Positions 22,980 through 27,372 of a stretch of DNA of 27,372 bases are shown here, piece by piece. Origin of the DNA: Macrostomum lignano (lineage: Eukaryota); contig NIVC01005065.1 of NCBI GenBank assembly GCA_002269645.1, forward strand, positions 1 to 27,372, written 5' to 3'. Position 1 is the stretch's first letter, and each line of letters opens with the position of its first letter. Both the position numbers and the translations under genes were made by a program. The notes beneath the pieces were generated by a model. The model saw nothing but the letters and a program-made list of their open reading frames with translations, did no database searches and was not told the DNA's origin.

Positions 22980-23473
22980 GTGGGGAATGAGATTGAAGGG
23001 AATGAGAGGGAGGGGAATGAGAGGGAGGGGAATGAGAGGAAGGGGAATGAGAGGAAGGGGAATGAGATTGAGGGGAATGAGAGGAAGGGGAATGAGAGGG
23101 AGGGGAATGAGAGGAAGGGGAATGAGAGGGAGGGGAATGAGATTGAGGGGAATGAGAGGAAGGGGAATGAGAGGGAGGGGAATGAGAGGGAGGGGAATGG
23201 GAGGGAGGGGAATGAGAGGGAGGGGAATGGGAGGGAGGGGAATGAGAGGAAGGGGAATGAGAGGGAGGGGAATGAGAGGGAGGGGAATGAGAGGGAGGGG
23301 AATGGGAGGGAGGGGAATGAGAGGAAGGGGAATGAGAGGGAGGGGAATGAGAAGGAAGGGGAATGAGAGGAAGGGGAATGAGAGGAAGGGGAATGAGAGG
23401 AAGGGGAATGAGAGGAAGGGGAATGAGAGGAAGGGGAATGAGAGGGAGGGGAATGAGAAGGAGGGGAATGAGA
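22980..23473 (+). repeat. 15-bp purine-rich minisatellite (RAGGGGAATGAGAGG), ~33 copies
   Basis: Directly visible tandem unit. Confidence 0.97.
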
Positions 23474-24379
23474 CCTGGAGGAGGTTACTAAGGGATATCC
23501 CACGATAACTCTCGAAGGTTAAATGCAAAGTATTTCTGTTATATTTGCAAAAGTCAATTAGCGCAATTGAAACATGATTGACATGGCAGTTAAAGCAGTC
23601 TGTAAACCAAAACGGAAGTTTATGCTTCACAATCTTTAAACAACTCGGGAGTGGCTGCTGTTTTCATTACTGACGAGTCTAGTTACAGAGGCAAGAAAAT
23701 CAAATTCAGAAAAAAAGCGAATATGAAAATCCTATTACCAGGAAACCTGCTCTCCATGTTAGGAGTTGGTTAATTAAATGAATTTGAAAACAGAACAGCG
23801 AAAAATTGGTTGCGGTCACCCACCTGAGACAGTCGCTGAAGTCCTCTGTAGCGGTGTACTTGCTTCACCGTCCCCATCGAATCCCGAATCCCTGCAGTCG
23901 GGGGAGTCGAGCCGTTTTTGTCCCTCCAGGTTGCCAGGGCGCCCGGCTTTGGGCTGTATTGGCCGGTCCCCGGGGTGCCCGCTGGGCCAATGAGGGGCCG
24001 CAGCTGCAGGATGGGGGGGAATTGAGGAAGAGCTTCTACGATTGGAAGTACTTAGAAACACCTTATATCCCTGCATCTGTTCAATTAATTTTGATGAAAA
24101 ATTACACAAACATGGGCCTATACGTAATGAATTTAGTGCTACGGTTGACAGAACAAAAGCAATTTATAACTTATTGTAACTTTCTATCAAAATTTTTCAT
24201 CATAAGAAATTTTTAGACACACGAAGGTATTATCTGACACTAAAATGCCGTGACTTATCCTCATGCTGGTGTCTAAGAACATTTTGCACTAAGACATGTG
24301 CTTAGTAATATTTGGTCCTCAATAATCTTATAGCTCGTACTCAATGTATAGTGACAACTTACCATTGTCATATATGACT

Positions 24380-24805
24380 TCCTCTGTTTTTTTGCTAAAC
24401 AAACCGAGCAGAGATCAACGGTGTCGAACTTCTTAGCATTTTTTCGTTCGGCGAAAGGGAACTCTACATTTGGAATCGGATATGCGTCTGATTTAATCTG
24501 CGCATTAAGGTGAGCACTGTAGTCGGAGCAAATCCGTAGTGACCCGTCTTTCTTTTTAATCCAAACAACAAGTGAGGCTTTACTCACCGGACTGACAACG
24601 AGTTCGATTACTCCCAAGGCTTGCAACCGACCCAGCTCAGCGTTCACGGCGGCTTTCAGTGCTATGGGCACAGGGCACGCACGAAAAAACTTGGGAGTAG
24701 AGTCACAGCCCTGTAAGTAGATAGAGGGTCCGGCAGTTAGGTTGGTGTTGGCCGTAACACTGAAAACTCGGTCGGCGTCTATGAGATTGCGACCCAGCTG
24801 TCCAA
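24380..24805 (-). pseudogene. Gypsy/Ty3 pol remnant: protease end/linker and RT N-terminal half (inverted segment)
   Basis: LGRNL..DRVFS...PKFFRACPVPIALK.AVNAELGRLQALGVIE..S...S.VVWIKKKDGSLRICSDYSAHLNAQIKSDAYPIP...KKFDTVDL matches the typical Ty3/Gypsy RT N-terminus. Similarity fades before the YxDD motif. Confidence 0.88.
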
Positions 24806-25755
24806 AAGCGCTTGTCCAAAAGTATGTTATCAATACAATCAACGAGAACAAAAGCGCCGAGGAGTGCAATGAGGTATCTTTACTTGGATTCCAAATCTCA
24901 GCTGCGGGTATCTGATCCGACGCCAGGCTTGTGGAAAAGATCACACGCATTGCTGCGTTGAAGAACATGAAGCAACTCGAACATTTCCTTGGTTTTGTAA
25001 ACTTTCTTTTGCCGATCGGTGCCCAGGCTGCTACATGAGCTTCGTCGGTAGGATGCACCATTCACGTGGCTTGCAGTCTATAACGATACGTTCTTACTTC
25101 TCAATGAGGGAAATCTCATCATTTCCAGTCGTGCAGCCGTACTCGTTGGAGAAGGCAACTGACACACACCGCCGATGCTTCTCAAGGGGGCTTGCTGCTG
25201 TTGTGACTCAAGAAGGCCATCCCGTTATCTTTATCTCCCGCTGCTTATCCAGTGCAGAAAAAAATTACTCCAACATTGAGCGAAAGGCGTTTGCCATATT
25301 CAGGCAGCCCATCGTCTCAAGCACTATCTCATTAGTAGAGAGTTCCACTGATGACCAGCCATTGATACGCCTAGTTGACCAATCTTGCGGCCTCCCGACA
25401 AATACATCATCTCAAATCTCTCGATGGGCGCTAAGCCTGATGCATTTCGACTACGACATTCAGTATGCTGGAGTTACATTTCTCATGCTGATTCTCCATC
25501 GCGCCTTCGATTCACGGGTCCGTCCGCGGATTCAGGAAGCGTAGCGAGTGCTATCACAGTGTAAAATTTAAATGGCCAGTAATCCCGCAACATCTCATCC
25601 CTGCTGAGACCAATTCGTTCAGCGCATCATGGAAATGGTTCAGTCTGGTAACTGGGAGTCGTGCTCTTCAGGCCGAGCAGCCTTCGCAAAGATCTCTTAC
25701 AAGTTCACCATCGAAAATGGTCTTCTTTACAACCAACGTTGCGTCTGTATTCCAA
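24806..25755 (+). pseudogene. Gypsy/Ty3 pol remnant: RT C-terminus, RNase H and start of the integrase-proximal region
   Basis: EVSLLGFQISAAGI*SD...KQLEHFLGFVNF; GLAAVVTQEGHPVIFISRCLSSAEKNYSNIERKAFAI...TDDQPL...ISRWALSLMHFDYDIQY; ENGLLYNQRCVCIP. Stops and frameshifts are present. Confidence 0.9.
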
Positions 25756-26004
25756 TCCACTCCAATCCACTAAAAGCCGATTCCAACCCACTCTGGGTAC
25801 AGTACATGGTTACCTACAACTACATGGCTGGGTGACCGTGAACGTGAGAACGTGACCCTGCTGTGGAAAAGAAATATGCAGACAGTAATGCTGAGCTAGG
25901 GGAGGAAAGGTACAGGAGAGAGGCTGCACTGTTTAAGACTGAGGCTTACAGATTGAAGTTTACAGTTTGAGGCTTACAGTTCCCCTCCCAACTCAAAGTG
26001 AGCT

Positions 26005-27372
<1,368 letters not shown>

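Overview
This is eukaryotic (metazoan) genomic DNA. The two innexin sequences, spliceosomal intron signals and heavy tandem-repeat load suggest a free-living flatworm such as Macrostomum, but that assignment is inference. Two innexin (invertebrate gap-junction/pannexin family) genes point away from each other. The first coding exon of innexin A is on the minus strand (3261-3668), and I could not confidently place its remaining exons in the window. Innexin B is complete and intronless on the plus strand (11244-12455). About a quarter of the window is micro- or minisatellite arrays. Mobile DNA comprises: a non-autonomous TIR DNA transposon (831-2519) whose left arm contains a 10-copy 93-bp expansion; a tRNA-derived SINE with a CORE-like domain; a decayed Gypsy pol with its RT N-terminal half inverted; and the 3' part of an R1/LOA/I-group LINE with RNase H and a zinc knuckle. 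An unnamed dispersed repeat with a conserved, covarying hairpin occurs three times, plus a partial copy. I see no evidence of a new multi-gene system. The best leads are the structured repeat, the TIR-derived satellite, the LINE/minisatellite junction and an extracellular N-glycosylation sequon in innexin B. Most ORFs in the supplied track are artefacts of repeats.
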